Positions 45,291 to 55,173 are shown, counted from the first letter of the stretch. The stretch is 64,000 nt of DNA from an uncultured Candidatus Saccharibacteria bacterium (GCA_964507275.1 CAZDPG010000001.1:547555-611554), one strand, 5' to 3'. Notes: a model not told the origin generated them from the letters alone. Translations and numbers: made by a program.

Positions 45291-47676
45291 GAAACTCTCG
45301 GCAAGAAAGCGCATCGTACTGCTTGATAATCACGCGATCATTCATCGTGCGTATCATGCACTCGCAGCCGCGGAGCTGACGGGTCCGACTGGCGCACCTG
45401 TTGGAGCACTCTACGGTCTTGTTTCAATGCTTTTGAAGATCGTCACTGATCTCAAACCTGATTACATCGCCGCATGCTACGACCTGCCGAAACCGACCAT
45501 CCGTCACGAAGCTTACGAAGGATATAAGGGGACGCGGATAAAGACCGAGGATGCACTCGTTATGCAGCTCAAAGAGTCTCGGAAAGTATTCGAGGCATTT
45601 TCAATACCAATGTATGAGCGAGAAGGGTTCGAAGCTGATGACCTGCTTGGTACCATCGCGCACGAGCTCAAGGAAAATAAAGACGTCGATGTCATCATCG
45701 CCTCGGGTGATATGGACACGCTACAGCTTGTCGATGACGAGCGCGTCCGCGTGTATACCCTGAAGAAGGGGATACAGGATACGATCCTGTATGACGAGAA
45801 GGCGGTCGTCGCCCGATTCGGATTCTCGCCCGCGCTCATTCCTGATTGGAAAGGCTTGCGTGGGGATCCGTCAGACAACATCAAGGGCGTTCCTGGCATC
45901 GGTGAAAAGACAGCGACGGAGCTCGTCACGAAGTTCGGCACTGTCGAGAAGATTTATGCCACTCTTGAGAAGGGCGACGAGGCCTTCCTTGCGGCAGGCG
46001 TGAAAGCGCGAATGATTGCTCTCCTGCGAGAACATGAAGAAGAGGCACGGCTCAGCAAGGCGATTGCAACCATTCGTCTTGATGCACCAATCGCTTTCGC
46101 CCTTCCCGAGAGTAAATGGCATGAACATGTCGATGCACAGAAGATGCTCGCCATGTGCGACGAGTTCGGGTTCAGATCGCTCAAAGAGCGCATCAAGACA
46201 TTATTTGAAGCGCAATTCGATGGTTCGCGGGAGCGTGCACCGCGCGAGCCCGTGCAAGAAGAAGAGATCGACGACACGCGTTTCTCGGAAGCTCAAGCGA
46301 TGCTCTGGCTCATATCCTCAGAATTCACGAACCCGTCACTCGACGACATTCTCGCGTTCACGAAAGAGCGGACATTTGCCACCGCGTATACGACGCTTGA
46401 AACGAAACTCGCCGAGCTCGATCGCGTGCAGGATGTATACGAGCACATCGAGAAGCCGCTTATTCAGGTCGTACGGAAGATGGAATCACGCGGCGTTCTC
46501 GTCGATCCTTCTGTGCTCGATTCGCTTGCACAGAAATATCGAGCTGAACTCGAGAAGATTGAAAAAGATATCTACGAAGCCGCAGGGCATGAGTTCAATG
46601 TAAGTTCGCCGAAACAGATGGGTGTTGTGCTGTTCGACGAGCTCAAGATCATCCCTGAAAAGCAGAAGAAGACGGCGGGAGGGCAGCGCTCGACGCGTGA
46701 GAGTGAACTCGAGAAGATTCGCGATGCGCATCCTATCGTAAATAATATTCTCGAATACCGCGAGTTGAAGAAACTCCTCTCGACCTATATCGAGAACCTT
46801 CCGCCGCTCCTCGATGCTGAGCATCGCTTGCACGCGGAATTCCTTCAGACCGGGACGACAACTGGCCGCATGGCTTCCCAGAATCCGAACCTGCAGAATA
46901 TCCCGCTCCATTCTGTGCGCGGGCAAGCGATACGGCATGCGTTCGTCGCCCCTTCAGGGTTTACGCTCGTGTCGCTCGATTACTCTCAGATAGAATTGCG
47001 TCTTGCTGCAATCCTCTCAGGTGATGAAAAGCTCTGTGCGATATTCCGGAGTGGTCGAGATGTGCATAGGGAAGTCGCTGCGCGAGTGTTCCATGTCGAG
47101 CCTGAAGCGGTCGATGCTGAGATGCGTCGCCGGGCGAAGGTTATCAACTTCGGCATCCTCTATGGCATGGGTGTGAATGCGCTCCGCGCTCAGCTTGGTA
47201 CCACGACTGCCGAAGCCCACCAGTTCCTCGAGGAATACTTCTCGACATTCTCGACGCTTGCCGAATATCTCGAGAGTACGCGGGGATTTGCGCGCAAGAA
47301 CGGATACACTGAGACCTTGTTCGGCCGCCGCCGACAGTTCCCAGAGATGAAATCGACGCTACCGTATGTGCGGGCGCAAGCGGAGCGTATGGCCATCAAT
47401 GCGCCCTTGCAGGGCACTCAGGCGGATATCATCAAACTTGCGATGGTACGCGTCAATCAGATGCTCGAAAAGGAATCCGCATCGACAGACGCATATCTGT
47501 TGCTGCAGGTGCACGACGAGCTCGTGTATGAGATTCGTGATACGCGCATTAGTGGCCTGAGCGAGAAGATACGAGAAATCATGGAATCTGTTCTTGTCGA
47601 TAAGGAGACGCATGAGGTGCCAGTCATCGCTACGATGAAGTCAGGACGAGATTGGGGTAACATGCACGAGCTATGA
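45283..47676 (+). CDS. polA: DNA polymerase I
   Basis: Start at MAKKLSARKRIVLLD. 5'-3' exonuclease domain, pol motif A (RRRAKVINFGILYGMG) and motif C (LLQVHDELVYE). Confidence 0.9.
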   Translation: MAKKLSARKRIVLLDNHAIIHRAYHALAAAELTGPTGAPVGALYGLVSMLLKIVTDLKPDYIAACYDLPKPTIRHEAYEGYKGTRIKTEDALVMQLKESRKVFEAFSIPMYEREGFEADDLLGTIAHELKENKDVDVIIASGDMDTLQLVDDERVRVYTLKKGIQDTILYDEKAVVARFGFSPALIPDWKGLRGDPSDNIKGVPGIGEKTATELVTKFGTVEKIYATLEKGDEAFLAAGVKARMIALLREHEEEARLSKAIATIRLDAPIAFALPESKWHEHVDAQKMLAMCDEFGFRSLKERIKTLFEAQFDGSRERAPREPVQEEEIDDTRFSEAQAMLWLISSEFTNPSLDDILAFTKERTFATAYTTLETKLAELDRVQDVYEHIEKPLIQVVRKMESRGVLVDPSVLDSLAQKYRAELEKIEKDIYEAAGHEFNVSSPKQMGVVLFDELKIIPEKQKKTAGGQRSTRESELEKIRDAHPIVNNILEYRELKKLLSTYIENLPPLLDAEHRLHAEFLQTGTTTGRMASQNPNLQNIPLHSVRGQAIRHAFVAPSGFTLVSLDYSQIELRLAAILSGDEKLCAIFRSGRDVHREVAARVFHVEPEAVDAEMRRRAKVINFGILYGMGVNALRAQLGTTTAEAHQFLEEYFSTFSTLAEYLESTRGFARKNGYTETLFGRRRQFPEMKSTLPYVRAQAERMAINAPLQGTQADIIKLAMVRVNQMLEKESASTDAYLLLQVHDELVYEIRDTRISGLSEKIREIMESVLVDKETHEVPVIATMKSGRDWGNMHEL

Positions 47677-48362
47677 TCTATCTTTTTTACGGCACGGACA
47701 CTGAGCGAGTTCGCACCAAAGCATTTGAATGGGTCGCGAAAGCGCAGGAGAAAGAACCAAATCTCGCCTATGTGCGGCTCGCGCGCGAGGAGCTCACGGA
47801 TGCTACGCTCGAAGACGCCGCGCTTTCAGGCGGCCTCTTTGTGAAGAGGCTTTTGATACTTATCGATGACCCGTTCCCGTCGGCTCGTGCGGCGACCGAA
47901 GAGGATGTGGGTGAAGAAGAGGGAGTGACAAATGTTTTCGAAGAGCATATTGAAGCACTTGCTGCGTCCGATAACGCGATTGTCATCTTGGCGCCGAAGC
48001 TCGCTGCGGCCAAGGCAAAGAAGCTCTCAGCGAAGGCAAAGGTCGAATATAAATTCGATGCTCCTGCCGCACGCGAAACAACGCGCGGCTTTAACGGGAA
48101 CTTAGTTAATGCGCTCGCCGCTCGCTCGCGCGCGAACCTTTGGCTCGAAGTCAATCGTGCGCTCGCCGCCGGTGATGCGCCTGAAATGCTCCACGGTCTC
48201 CTGCACTGGAAAGCGCGCGATCTCATGGAGAAGGGGAGTCGAACATGGAAACCAGAGGAGACACGCCGCCTCTCGCTCAATCTTATCGAACTCCTGCAGG
48301 CGTCTCGTCGCGGCGGCCTCGATCTTCCACTGGCACTTGAGAAGTTCGCGTTGTCTATCTGA
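47673..48362 (+). CDS. possible DNA polymerase III δ subunit-like protein (short)
   Basis: MIYLFYGTDTERV resembles the HolA N-terminus. It is only 229 aa, so this is weak. Confidence 0.3.
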   Translation: MIYLFYGTDTERVRTKAFEWVAKAQEKEPNLAYVRLAREELTDATLEDAALSGGLFVKRLLILIDDPFPSARAATEEDVGEEEGVTNVFEEHIEALAASDNAIVILAPKLAAAKAKKLSAKAKVEYKFDAPAARETTRGFNGNLVNALAARSRANLWLEVNRALAAGDAPEMLHGLLHWKARDLMEKGSRTWKPEETRRLSLNLIELLQASRRGGLDLPLALEKFALSI

Positions 48363-48816
48363 TCAAATCAAGGTTTCCATCCAAGAGCACTGGCTTCACG
48401 CCATAAATTTCTTGCTTGTAGGAAAGCTCAGAAGAAATAGGATTCAAAATATAAATAATCTTTTTCAAGTAGAACGCGAGGCCGATCTCAATAAGGGTAT
48501 TTCCGCCGATATATCCTTCCACTCCTCGCTTCTCGCGGTTCATAACGATGATGGCGTCAGCCCATTCTATTTTCTTGAAGTGCTCGTTGAGAGCGTCGTG
48601 TTTCGCCGTCCAGATCGGGTCGTGCGGAGGGAAGGCGTCAATACCGCCATTATTCTCAATGTATTCCATGAAGTTAATCTTCAGGTCATTACTATATTGA
48701 GGGACGATTTTATCGAGACGCGGGATGGCGACTTCATGTTTTCGTGTCTCGAGTTCTTCCTTAAGCTTTTCGATTTCAGGGTAGAACGCGATACTACCGC
48801 AAACAGTTATTTTCAT
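48355..48816 (-). CDS. nucleoside 2-deoxyribosyltransferase-like protein
   Basis: MKITVCGS...EWADAIIVMN...YIGGNTLIEIGLAFYLKKIIYIL matches the NDT-like fold pattern. AT-rich compared with its neighbours. Directly abuts tRNA-Lys. Confidence 0.45.
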   Translation of the reverse strand: MKITVCGSIAFYPEIEKLKEELETRKHEVAIPRLDKIVPQYSNDLKINFMEYIENNGGIDAFPPHDPIWTAKHDALNEHFKKIEWADAIIVMNREKRGVEGYIGGNTLIEIGLAFYLKKIIYILNPISSELSYKQEIYGVKPVLLDGNLDLIR

Positions 48817-48819
48817 AGG

Positions 48820-48900
48820 TGCGCCCGGCAGGGAACGATCCTGCGACCTTCTCCTTAAAAGGGAGCTGCTCTACCAGCTGAGCTACGGGCGCGTGTATCT
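48820..48900 (-). tRNA. tRNA-Lys (anticodon TTT)
   Basis: Cloverleaf read from the reverse complement: GCGCCCG acceptor, anticodon loop CTTTTAA, T-arm GGATCGTTCC. No encoded CCA. Confidence 0.8.
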
Positions 48901-48926
48901 AACTTACTCTTTTTGCTCTCTTTTTT

Positions 48927-49880
48927 CTAGTAGCCGAAAGCATCTACGGTCTTGCCGCTCGCATCAAGGAGCTTCACGATCTCGTGCCGTGTGCGCCACA
49001 TTGAGTTCGATCGGTTGAGGTAAATACGCCATGCGTCTCCCTTGAAGTCGACGTCTTTCTGATGTGCTTCCATGCACCCGTTGTAATTGAGGTATTTAAT
49101 CATGAAGTCCTGGCACGATCCAGAAGCACTGACAGGAGGCGAAAGTGCAACTTGGCAGCGTGAGAGTTTATTCACGTACTCAATACACGCCACGTCACGA
49201 ACATAACCGGCACCATAGAGTGAGGTGAGCTCGTCAGACGGCATCGGACAGTTCTCGGGGAGTGGCGGATAGAACTTCTGGAAACTGCTGAAATAGCCGA
49301 TGCACTTATTTTCTCTGAATGAGGCACCAATCGGCGAACGGCCTGAGATGATGATTGCCCGAGTGCCGCCGCTAAGGAGGATGTTTTCAGAAGCGTTTAT
49401 GGTTCCTGAGATAGGCACCTCAGTGCCTTTCGGCAGGGTGACGGAATTTCCCGTTGCATCGCTCTTGATCGTCCATCCAGAGAGATTGATAGGGCTTCCT
49501 GCATTTCCCGAGACGCGGAGCTCAATGTATTCATTCTGAGGATCTTCCGATCCCGCGCCGGAGACGTAATGATTCATCGTTACCACACCGCGATATGGTG
49601 AGATGACGCCAAATGCCGTACCGCTTATAAGGGAAGGATAGGTCGTATCCACTCCTCCTATCGCTCCACCGCCGCTTGTGGATCCAGGGAGCGAGACATT
49701 CGTTCCTCCTATGCCAAATGGCGCTCGCGGAAGCGAGAGATACGTGCCGCCGCCGAGCTCCTCAGGTTGTGCCAGTTTCGGTCCAGAAAATGCGAGCGGG
49801 TGTATTGGGCCGCCGGTGGCGATCCATATAAGGAAGATAAAGACGAAGACGCCTATGAAAAACCACGCATCATGCTCCAT
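48927..49880 (-). CDS. membrane-anchored lamin-tail-domain (LTD)-like protein
   Basis: N-terminal TM, then NEYIELRVSGNAGSPINLSGWTIKS...RIYLNRS...EIVKLLDASGKTVD, which resembles an LTD fold. Confidence 0.45.
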   Translation of the reverse strand: MEHDAWFFIGVFVFIFLIWIATGGPIHPLAFSGPKLAQPEELGGGTYLSLPRAPFGIGGTNVSLPGSTSGGGAIGGVDTTYPSLISGTAFGVISPYRGVVTMNHYVSGAGSEDPQNEYIELRVSGNAGSPINLSGWTIKSDATGNSVTLPKGTEVPISGTINASENILLSGGTRAIIISGRSPIGASFRENKCIGYFSSFQKFYPPLPENCPMPSDELTSLYGAGYVRDVACIEYVNKLSRCQVALSPPVSASGSCQDFMIKYLNYNGCMEAHQKDVDFKGDAWRIYLNRSNSMWRTRHEIVKLLDASGKTVDAFGY

Positions 49881-49892
49881 ACGGGAATAGTA

Positions 49893-51221
49893 TCAAACTT
49901 CTCTAAGAAGTCGCTCAAGTTCCTCGCGGACAACCTGCGCATCGCTCCAGGGTACTTTCGACCCTTTTGGCCCCATGATGAAAGGATCAGTACCTTTACC
50001 AGAAATCAGGACGGCAATGCCCTGATTCCCAGCATCCCGAGCAGGGCCGAGAGATTGCGCACTCTTCGACATGCTCAGGGCAAGCCGCAGTGCCGCGCGG
50101 ATAGCAAATCGACGGTCCAGAATAATCTCTGGTGCGCGCTTCATTCCTGCTGCCATCGCATCGACTATTTTCTGAGGGTCTTCATCGTAGGGGTCTTCAT
50201 CAGTGAGGAATACCTTGTCACAAGCGTCGTCGGCAATGCGCCCCATTTCCGGGCGTTTCCAGGTATCACGGCCGCCTCCTGTGTTCCCGAGCACGCAGAT
50301 TTTCCGCCGCTTCGGAAAGGCGCTATAGAGTGCAGCGAGGGAGTCGGGCGTATGAGCGTAATCGACGATGGCAAGAAAATCTTGTCCAGCGAGAATGCTC
50401 TCGACACGGCCCCGCACAACAGGAAGCTGTGCGAGTGTTACCGCCGCCGTCTCAAGCGGCACGCCAAATGCTCCACAAAGCTTCACTGCGGCGAGTGCAT
50501 TCATCGCGTTGAATGTGCCCGGGATAGGGAGGGAGAAGTGCATTCCGGCATAATCGAAATGGACACTTGTATCATCTCCGGAGACATTTTCCAGTTCACG
50601 AGCGCCAAATCCAATTATCAGCGTGGCTGGGACAGAGAGAAGTGTTCGGCATTCAGGAATGTCTTCGTTCACAACGAGGACGCGCGTGCGTTTCGACGAG
50701 CGGGCAAGCGCGGTAACAATGACTTTTTTTGCAGCGACATATTTCTCGAATGAGCCATGGCTCTCAATATGTTCACGCTGAATGTTCGTTACAACGAGCC
50801 CATCGAGATTAAGAAACCAGTGGCGGTATTGCAGCACGCTTTCAGAGGTCACTTCGATAACGATGTGAGTACAACCCGCTCGAAGCGCTTTGCGCATGAA
50901 TGCCTGTGTAAAGCCGCGACCCTGGAGCGTCATCTTGTAGCGATTCGGCTCAGACGCATCCTCGATTGCGAAGCGTATGGTCGAAAGGAGGGCAGTCTTG
51001 TGTCCGGCGGCGCGTAGGATGGCGAAGAGCATTTCAGCGGTCGTCGATTTGCCTTTCGTACCGGTGACGCCGAGGACGACGAGCTTCCGAGCAGGGAAGC
51101 CATAGACAAGCGCCATGAGGAAAGCGAGTCCTGCGTGGTAGAGCGGTCGAAACGGTCGTACGACTGGCTCAGGCACGATCTTTTTCAGTATGCGGATGAT
51201 GCGATCTATAACTTCATACAT
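49893..51221 (-). CDS. Mur ligase family protein (MurE/MurF-like)
   Basis: GVTGTKGKSTT P-loop, a Mur ligase middle domain and a C-terminal domain. 442 aa. Confidence 0.7.
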   Translation of the reverse strand: MYEVIDRIIRILKKIVPEPVVRPFRPLYHAGLAFLMALVYGFPARKLVVLGVTGTKGKSTTAEMLFAILRAAGHKTALLSTIRFAIEDASEPNRYKMTLQGRGFTQAFMRKALRAGCTHIVIEVTSESVLQYRHWFLNLDGLVVTNIQREHIESHGSFEKYVAAKKVIVTALARSSKRTRVLVVNEDIPECRTLLSVPATLIIGFGARELENVSGDDTSVHFDYAGMHFSLPIPGTFNAMNALAAVKLCGAFGVPLETAAVTLAQLPVVRGRVESILAGQDFLAIVDYAHTPDSLAALYSAFPKRRKICVLGNTGGGRDTWKRPEMGRIADDACDKVFLTDEDPYDEDPQKIVDAMAAGMKRAPEIILDRRFAIRAALRLALSMSKSAQSLGPARDAGNQGIAVLISGKGTDPFIMGPKGSKVPWSDAQVVREELERLLREV

Positions 51222-51224
51222 ATC

Positions 51225-51770
51225 TTACTGTCGAGCAGAGAGCGCTGCTTTGAGTCGATCTTCTTTCCCCATAATACTTTCTGGGATTCCTTGCAGCGCT
51301 TTGCGCGATTCGCGTTCGGTGTATCCGAGCGCGACAAGCGTATCAAATACTTCATCATCGGTGCTGTCATGTGCGCGCGGTCCGACCTTGTCGGCGAGCT
51401 CAACGAGCATTTTCTCAGCGCTCTTCTTGCCGAGCCCGACGACTTTAGTGAGATAATTCAGATCGCGCTTGCCGATAGCCCCTTCAAGCGCCTCGCGCGG
51501 CGCGCGGCGCAGCACGGAGAGTGCGGTCTTCGGCCCGACGCCTGAGACGGTGAGAATGAGCTCAAAGAAGTCGCGGTCGGCGGGGTCAGCGAAGCCATAG
51601 AGCTCGATACCGTCCTGTTTGAGCACCATGTGCGTCGCAAGCGTTGCCTCAGAGCCGACAGAGAGAGCTTCCGGTGTGCTCGTGCGCACGTCGATGCCGA
51701 AACCAGCGACTTCGATGACAGCGCTTATCGGGCTGAGCGAAAGTACTTTCCCGCGGATCTGTCGAATCAT
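51225..51770 (-). CDS. ruvA: Holliday junction DNA helicase RuvA
   Basis: MIRQIRGKV, helix-hairpin-helix motifs (VSGVGPKTA), and a C-terminal domain III. Confidence 0.9.
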   Translation of the reverse strand: MIRQIRGKVLSLSPISAVIEVAGFGIDVRTSTPEALSVGSEATLATHMVLKQDGIELYGFADPADRDFFELILTVSGVGPKTALSVLRRAPREALEGAIGKRDLNYLTKVVGLGKKSAEKMLVELADKVGPRAHDSTDDEVFDTLVALGYTERESRKALQGIPESIMGKEDRLKAALSARQ

Positions 51771-51828
51771 GGGTCTATGGTACTACCATTTGCCAGCGAG
51801 CGGGAGATAGCGTATATATAGGAGACAT

Positions 51829-52095
51829 ATGGCAATAACCAGTTCAGCAAAGAAAGCAATCCGTTCATCGGCGAAGAAGCATGTCTTCAACCTGCGCCGC
51901 AAGGACGCTATGAAGGATACGACCAAGTCACTCACCAAGGCGCTTACCGCCAAGGATGTGAAGTCAGCCGAGAACCTCCTCCCGAAGGCGTATGCCGCGA
52001 TTGATAAAGCAAAGAAGCGCGGTGTCATCAAGGCGAATACTGCCGCTCGCAAGAAGAGCCGTCTCGCTCTCGCAATCAAGAAAGCGAAGGCATAA
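51829..52095 (+). CDS. rpsT: 30S ribosomal protein S20
   Basis: 88 aa, Lys/Ala-rich (AITSSAKKAIRSSAKK...). Confidence 0.9.
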   Translation: MAITSSAKKAIRSSAKKHVFNLRRKDAMKDTTKSLTKALTAKDVKSAENLLPKAYAAIDKAKKRGVIKANTAARKKSRLALAIKKAKA

Positions 52096-52102
52096 GGAAA
52101 AG

Positions 52103-52137
52103 AAAAACACGCGCCACTCCGGCGCGTGTTTTTCTTT
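52103..52137 (+). terminator. rho-independent terminator after rpsT
   Basis: AAAAACACGCGCC-actcc-GGCGCGTGTTTTTCTTTT. Confidence 0.7.
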
Positions 52138-52140
52138 TAG

Positions 52141-52212
52141 TGCCCTCGACAGGAATCGAACCTGTACCACCTCCTTCGGAGGGAGGTATTGTATCCATTC
52201 AACTACGAGGGC
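52141..52212 (-). tRNA. tRNA-Arg (anticodon CCG)
   Basis: Reverse complement GCCCTCG...CCTCC-CTCCGAA-GGAGG...TTCGATT...CGAGGGCA forms a complete cloverleaf. Confidence 0.75.
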
Positions 52213-52257
52213 AATGCAATCCCGAACACCATAATCCTAACCCTAAAATCGATTTAG

Positions 52258-52329
52258 TGCCCCCGCGAGGAATCGAACCTCGATTACGAACTCCGCAAGC
52301 TCGCGTCCTATCCGTTGAACGACGGGGGC
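52258..52329 (-). tRNA. tRNA-Arg (anticodon read as GCG; unusual, needs confirmation)
   Basis: Reverse complement GCCCCCG...CGAGC-TTGCGGA-GTTCG...TTCGATT...CGGGGGCA. Confidence 0.6.
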
Positions 52330-52345
52330 AGTACCTACCTGTATA

Positions 52346-52819
52346 TCAGAATCCGAGCCACGCCGCTACCAGGTCAGGGAATGAGTGGTGGTGCTCGAGC
52401 TCATCAACATGCTGTACTAAATATCCGTAGACGACATCGACATCGACTCCTTCGAGGGGAATCATTAGGTGCGGCGAGTGCCATGTCTCGGTTTTTATAG
52501 AGAGTACAGGGGGAAGTTTCCCCTCAATATCCTCCAGGACAGAGAATGACATCATGCGTTCGAAGGGATGAAGCGCGTCGCCGATCATGAGTCCGGTCTC
52601 GACGATGCGGAAGCGGTGGACCGGAGGTTTTTTGGTCGCGTGGAGCGCCATCGCCGCGACGGCGATGATGATAAGAATCGCAAAGAGGTAATTGCCGAAA
52701 AGTGTGGCAGCGACCGCGCCGGCGACAGCGACTATGCCGAGCGTCCAGTACCAATCAGAATCCTTCGGCTCGTGATCGTATTCGCGCCCCTCCCATTCGA
52801 TAATGACGTTCTGTGCCAT
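52346..52819 (-). CDS. hypothetical membrane protein
   Basis: 157 aa with two TM helices and a His-rich C-terminus. Confidence 0.45.
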   Translation of the reverse strand: MAQNVIIEWEGREYDHEPKDSDWYWTLGIVAVAGAVAATLFGNYLFAILIIIAVAAMALHATKKPPVHRFRIVETGLMIGDALHPFERMMSFSVLEDIEGKLPPVLSIKTETWHSPHLMIPLEGVDVDVVYGYLVQHVDELEHHHSFPDLVAAWLGF

Positions 52820-52865
52820 ACAGGAAGTATATCACCGTGCATATGCACGGTGATGAAATAAAGTG

Positions 52866-52952
52866 CGGAGAGGGTGGGATTCGAACCCACGGTCCCGTTT
52901 CCGAGACTCCAGTTTTCAAGACTGGTGCATTCGACCGCTCTGCCACCTCTCC
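52866..52952 (-). tRNA. tRNA-Ser (anticodon TGA), type II with long variable arm
   Basis: Reverse complement GGAGAGGTGGCAGAGCGGTCGAATGC...CTTGAAA...GGTTCGAATCC...CTCTCCG. Confidence 0.85.
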
Positions 52953-52963
52953 AGGTTTTTTAG

Positions 52964-53266
52964 TTACGCCTTCGCTGATGAATCATGCGCAGGCGCATGA
53001 GACGAGTGCGAGCGGCGTCGCGCATGAGGGGAGCTGGGTCGGAACCAGACGAGATAGATGATTTCGACGATTCCGAGCGTGTTGAGGATAAGGAGGGCAA
53101 TGAACCACTCTTTCTGGCTGCTACGGGCAGCATGCCAGAGAGCGAATCCTTTGAGGACGGTAGTCCAGATAGCCACGATGATGAGGAAGGGAAGGACCGC
53201 GCTCATGAATCCAAACGCAAAAGGAGACTGCGCTGCAGAGGAGTAGAAGGGCGAAAGGTAGTGCAT
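52964..53266 (-). CDS. small hypothetical membrane protein
   Basis: 100 aa with two TM helices. Confidence 0.4.
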   Translation of the reverse strand: MHYLSPFYSSAAQSPFAFGFMSAVLPFLIIVAIWTTVLKGFALWHAARSSQKEWFIALLILNTLGIVEIIYLVWFRPSSPHARRRSHSSHAPAHDSSAKA

Positions 53267-53295
53267 ATGCGCGGATTATACCATACACTGCAACC

Positions 53296-53709
53296 ATGCG
53301 GTATCTCGGTATTGATTATGGGAGTTCGAAAATCGGCCTCGCAATCTCTGATGAGGCGGGTACGATGGGGTTTCCGCACTCAATTGTATCGAATACGCCG
53401 CGCGTCGCTGATGAGCTCTGTGCCCTTATCGCGCGAGAGCATATCGGCACGGCAGTTATTGGTGAATCGCGGAACCTGGCGGGCGGTGAGAATCCAATCG
53501 CAGAAGATGCTCGCGTCCTCGGTTCCCTGATTGCCGAGCGTTCTGGCATACCGGTAGCGTATGAATCAGAAGTGTTCACGAGTGCTGAGGCACGTCGCGC
53601 GCCGGAGAAGCAGATGAAGTCGCGTGCGCCGAAAGTGCACAGGAACGTAGATGCATCAGCGGCAGCCCTTATTCTTACTAGTTATCTTTCACATACCGAT
53701 CATGAATAA
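53296..53709 (+). CDS. ruvX: putative pre-16S rRNA nuclease / Holliday junction resolvase-like YqgF (RuvX)
   Basis: MRYLGIDYGSSKIGLAISD RNase H-like N-terminus. 137 aa. Confidence 0.85.
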   Translation: MRYLGIDYGSSKIGLAISDEAGTMGFPHSIVSNTPRVADELCALIAREHIGTAVIGESRNLAGGENPIAEDARVLGSLIAERSGIPVAYESEVFTSAEARRAPEKQMKSRAPKVHRNVDASAAALILTSYLSHTDHE

Positions 53710-54040
53710 GCCGAAGATTTCAATAGACGAATTCAGTAAGATAGAAGTGAGTATCGGCACCGTGCGTTCGGCTGAGCGAGTACCCGAGACAGACAAGCTT
53801 ATTAAATGCATCGTCGATTTTGGTGAGGAGAGTGGCTCGCGCACTATCGTCTCCGGTGTTGCGGAGTACACTATGGCTGAAGACCTTGTTGGCCGACAGC
53901 TCGCCTATGTCACGAATCTCGAGCCACGCGTTATCAAAGGGATCGAGTCGAACGGCATGCTTTTTGCTGTCGGATCAGGCGAGTCTTTTGCGTTTCTCAC
54001 ACCCGATAGGGAGGTACCTCCCGGCACGAGTGCACATTAA
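53702..54040 (+). CDS. tRNA-binding protein (CsaA/EMAP-like OB fold)
   Basis: Start at MNKPKISIDEFSKIEV. VGTVRSAERVPETDKLIKCIVDFGEE is the Myf/CsaA-type tRNA-binding domain. Confidence 0.7.
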   Translation: MNKPKISIDEFSKIEVSIGTVRSAERVPETDKLIKCIVDFGEESGSRTIVSGVAEYTMAEDLVGRQLAYVTNLEPRVIKGIESNGMLFAVGSGESFAFLTPDREVPPGTSAH

Positions 54041-54078
54041 TCGCATCAAGGTGCACTCACGCGCGTTATACTGAATAC

Positions 54079-55173
54079 ATGTCTCCCGTGTTCAGTGAAC
54101 GATTGCGCGCAGCATTTGCTCCGCCGCAGTACATAGCACTTCCGCTCTCCGGAATCGACCTCTCGACAAGCGGTGTCAAAGCCGTGCGTCTTTCCGCCGG
54201 CGTGCATGGTCTCACTCTCGCGAGCTACAACGAAGCACGGTTACCGGCAGGAGCGTTCACTGACGGCGATATTATCGATCGCGAAGCAGTTACCGAGGCG
54301 ATTACTATCGCTGCGGAAGCAGCTGGTATAGACGCGGCGAATGTCGCCTTGCCTGAATCAAAATCATATCTATTCGAAACCGCCGTACCAGGTGATCGGA
54401 AGGCCGAGTGGCGCACGTCCATTGAGCAGAAACTCGATGAGTTCATACCACTCCCGCCGTCGGAGATCGCTTTCGACTTCGTCACTACCGGACGTTCTGA
54501 ACGCGGGGAAGCTCTCATTGCCGGTGTGGGTCTCGCGCAGCGCATCGTCGGCGAAACGCTCTCAATATTCGATGCGGCTGATATTAATGTCCGCTCCCTT
54601 GAAGGGGAGACATTCGCTTCCTCGCGCGCGCTTCTTCCGTATGGCGACGAGTCGACCGTGCTCATCATCGATGTCGGTAAGACGACGACGAAGATAGCCA
54701 TCGTTTCTGCGCGCATACCGCGTTTCGCGACGACGATCAACATCGGCGGGCATGCACTCACGCTCGCCGTCCAGAAATATTTCGGTGTAACCGAAGCAGA
54801 GGCTCGAAAAGTGAAATCAGAACGCGGCATTGTGCCAACAGTAGGGAATGAGGAATATCTCGCTGCCATGCTCTCGACAGTCTCTGCCATCCGCGACGAA
54901 ATCTCTCGGCACCTCAACTACTGGCAGGGACGATCTCTGCCGAAGGGCATTCACGAACCGGTGTCCCACGCTATTCTGGTCGGTGGCAATGCGTCAGTCC
55001 GCGGACTCCCTGAATATCTGGAAGGTTCACTAGGTATACCGGTTACGCCCGGCGATGTGTTTACGAATCTCGCGTCACGCGATACATGGGTCCCGTCGCT
55101 TGACTACACAGAGTCGCTCGCGTATGCCACCGCAATCGGCCTCGCATTGCGTGATCATATCCCGTATGTCTGA
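54079..55173 (+). CDS. pilM: type IV pilus assembly protein PilM (actin-like ATPase)
   Basis: 364 aa with an actin/FtsA-like fold. Precedes the pilN and pilO candidates. Confidence 0.75.
   Translation: MSPVFSERLRAAFAPPQYIALPLSGIDLSTSGVKAVRLSAGVHGLTLASYNEARLPAGAFTDGDIIDREAVTEAITIAAEAAGIDAANVALPESKSYLFETAVPGDRKAEWRTSIEQKLDEFIPLPPSEIAFDFVTTGRSERGEALIAGVGLAQRIVGETLSIFDAADINVRSLEGETFASSRALLPYGDESTVLIIDVGKTTTKIAIVSARIPRFATTINIGGHALTLAVQKYFGVTEAEARKVKSERGIVPTVGNEEYLAAMLSTVSAIRDEISRHLNYWQGRSLPKGIHEPVSHAILVGGNASVRGLPEYLEGSLGIPVTPGDVFTNLASRDTWVPSLDYTESLAYATAIGLALRDHIPYV

Noticed and set aside
52140-52430. 96-aa plus-strand ORF
   Set aside because: Spans two tRNA-Arg genes on the opposite strand.
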